A stretch of 64,000 nucleotides of DNA from an uncultured Planctomycetota bacterium (GTDB taxonomy: Bacteria > Planctomycetota > Planctomycetia > Pirellulales > Lacipirellulaceae), in assembly GCA_963719315.1 (NCBI GenBank), contig CAVRBU010000003.1:384001-448000 (forward strand), read 5' to 3'. The position numbers and the translations under genes are program-made. Shown here piece after piece: positions 62,892 through 64,000 of the stretch; within the stretch, counting starts at the first letter, position 1, and each line of letters starts with the position of its first letter. The notes below the pieces were generated by a model. It searched no databases, was not told the origin of the DNA, and saw only the letters and a program-made list of their open reading frames with translations.

Positions 62892-62909
62892 ACGTCACGC
62901 TCGCAGCGC

Positions 62910-63702
62910 CTACTTTCCCCACAGAGGCCATAGCCGGCCGCCGCTGTTTTCAATGCGCGACAGTCGCGTGCGGTAAACCGCTTCGATTGCTTCGCGTGTG
63001 ATGATGTCGTGCGTGGGGCCGGTGGCATGGACGCGGCCGTCGTTGAGAATCAGTATGTTCTGGATGCCGGGGACGATTTCCTCGATGTGGTGCGTCACAA
63101 GGACAACCGTGGGGGTTTCCGGCTGCACGAGTCGCTCGTTGAGCCACGCCAGAAACCGCTCGCGCACGCCTGGGTCCATACCAGCACACGGCTCATCGAG
63201 CACCAGCATCAGCGGCCCCGCCATGCGGGCACGGGCGATGAGCACCTGCTGCCGCTCGCCCTGCGAGAGCACGCCGAACGGCTTTTCGGTGAGATCCCGG
63301 CAGCCGAGACGTTCGAGCTCTGCCTCCGCGTCGGCGAAATCCGCATCGGTCGGTCCGAACTCCGGAAACCGCTTCAAGCCCAACTGCCCCAACCGGCCGC
63401 TGACGACTGTTTCCAGCGCGGAATCGGTCGGCGGAATGTCGGCGATCATGCCCGACGAAATCCAACCGATGCTCCGCCGCAGCTCGATCAGATCAAGTCA
63501 ATTCTTCGCCCAGCCGCAGGACGCGCCCGCTGGTGGGCCAGAGATAGCCGCACGCGATCTTCAGCAGCGTGGTTTTGCCGGAGCCGTTCGGCCCGAGTAC
63601 GGCCCAGTGTTGGCCGGGATCGATTCGCCAGTTGATATCGGTAAGGATATCGAGGTCGCTTTGACGATAGCCGACCGCTTCGCAGGTAATGAGGTCGCAC
63701 AC
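62910..63702 (-). CDS. ABC transporter ATP-binding protein, ModF-like (frameshift at about 63496)
   Basis: GPNGSGKT in the 5' ORF; LSQGE, LVLDEP, LVTHH in the 3' ORF. Confidence 0.85.
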
Positions 63703-63711
63703 AATTGCTGT

Positions 63712-64000
63712 CTAGCTATCTGGGTTATCCAACAAAGTTTGCAATCGCTCGGCCAACTCTCCTGCGAACCGCGTCGGCCAGGAATCATCGATCAACCCAA
63801 CGCTAATCATATCCAGCAGATGAACTCGATCTTTGAGCCGATACGAAGTGAGCTTCATGCGCACGAGCGGTTCAAGATCAACGACATGAAATGGACCAGC
63901 GGTGTCCACTTCGGTCACGTCCGGCGATGCCGCAACGTAGTCTGCCGAGACCTTTTCTCCTGCAAACACAATATGGATAGCGTCGCGAGCTTTCGCGCCG
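63712..64000 (-). CDS. Nucleotidyltransferase-like hypothetical protein (5' truncated by window)
   Basis: LVRMKLTSYRLKDRVHLLDM. Confidence 0.55.
   Translation of the reverse strand, partial: GAKARDAIHIVFAGEKVSADYVAASPDVTEVDTAGPFHVVDLEPLVRMKLTSYRLKDRVHLLDMISVGLIDDSWPTRFAGELAERLQTLLDNPDS

Overview
GC-rich planctomycete chromosome segment. The taxon is inferred (probably Pirellulales/Lacipirellulaceae-like) from the many PEP-CTERM proteins with a GDFNxDGxVDAADYVVWR module, a DUF1559 protein, bacterial topoisomerase VI and a DUF4159/MoxR locus. Core content: top6B/top6A split by a decayed toxin-antitoxin (TA) pair; a tandem amtB-glnK duplication behind a sigma54-type promoter; a cluster of PEP-CTERM surface hydrolases; lptD; a MoxR-DUF58-BatA-vWA operon; a tandem DUF697 GTPase pair; an RpoD-like sigma factor; a cobalamin riboswitch ahead of DUF1559 and PEP-CTERM genes; aroE, bioD, a GH57 gene and glgA. 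Best candidates for undescribed systems: (1) an AT-rich array at 8.7-12 kb of small membrane-protein genes and two collapsed mini-RHS ORFs, delimited by palindromes, with two related IS elements inserted in those palindromes; (2) a type IIG restriction-modification (R-M) gene whose 3' tail is duplicated around a 1-kb cargo gene, as if by att-like integration; (3) a B12-regulated DUF1559/PEP-CTERM unit. Many REP, MITE-like and short-period palindromes occur, some in-frame in proteins and one inside the riboswitch. About nine single-base frameshifts look like sequencing or assembly indels. No CRISPR array, tRNA or rRNA was seen. All calls come from motif reading by eye; no database searches were run.
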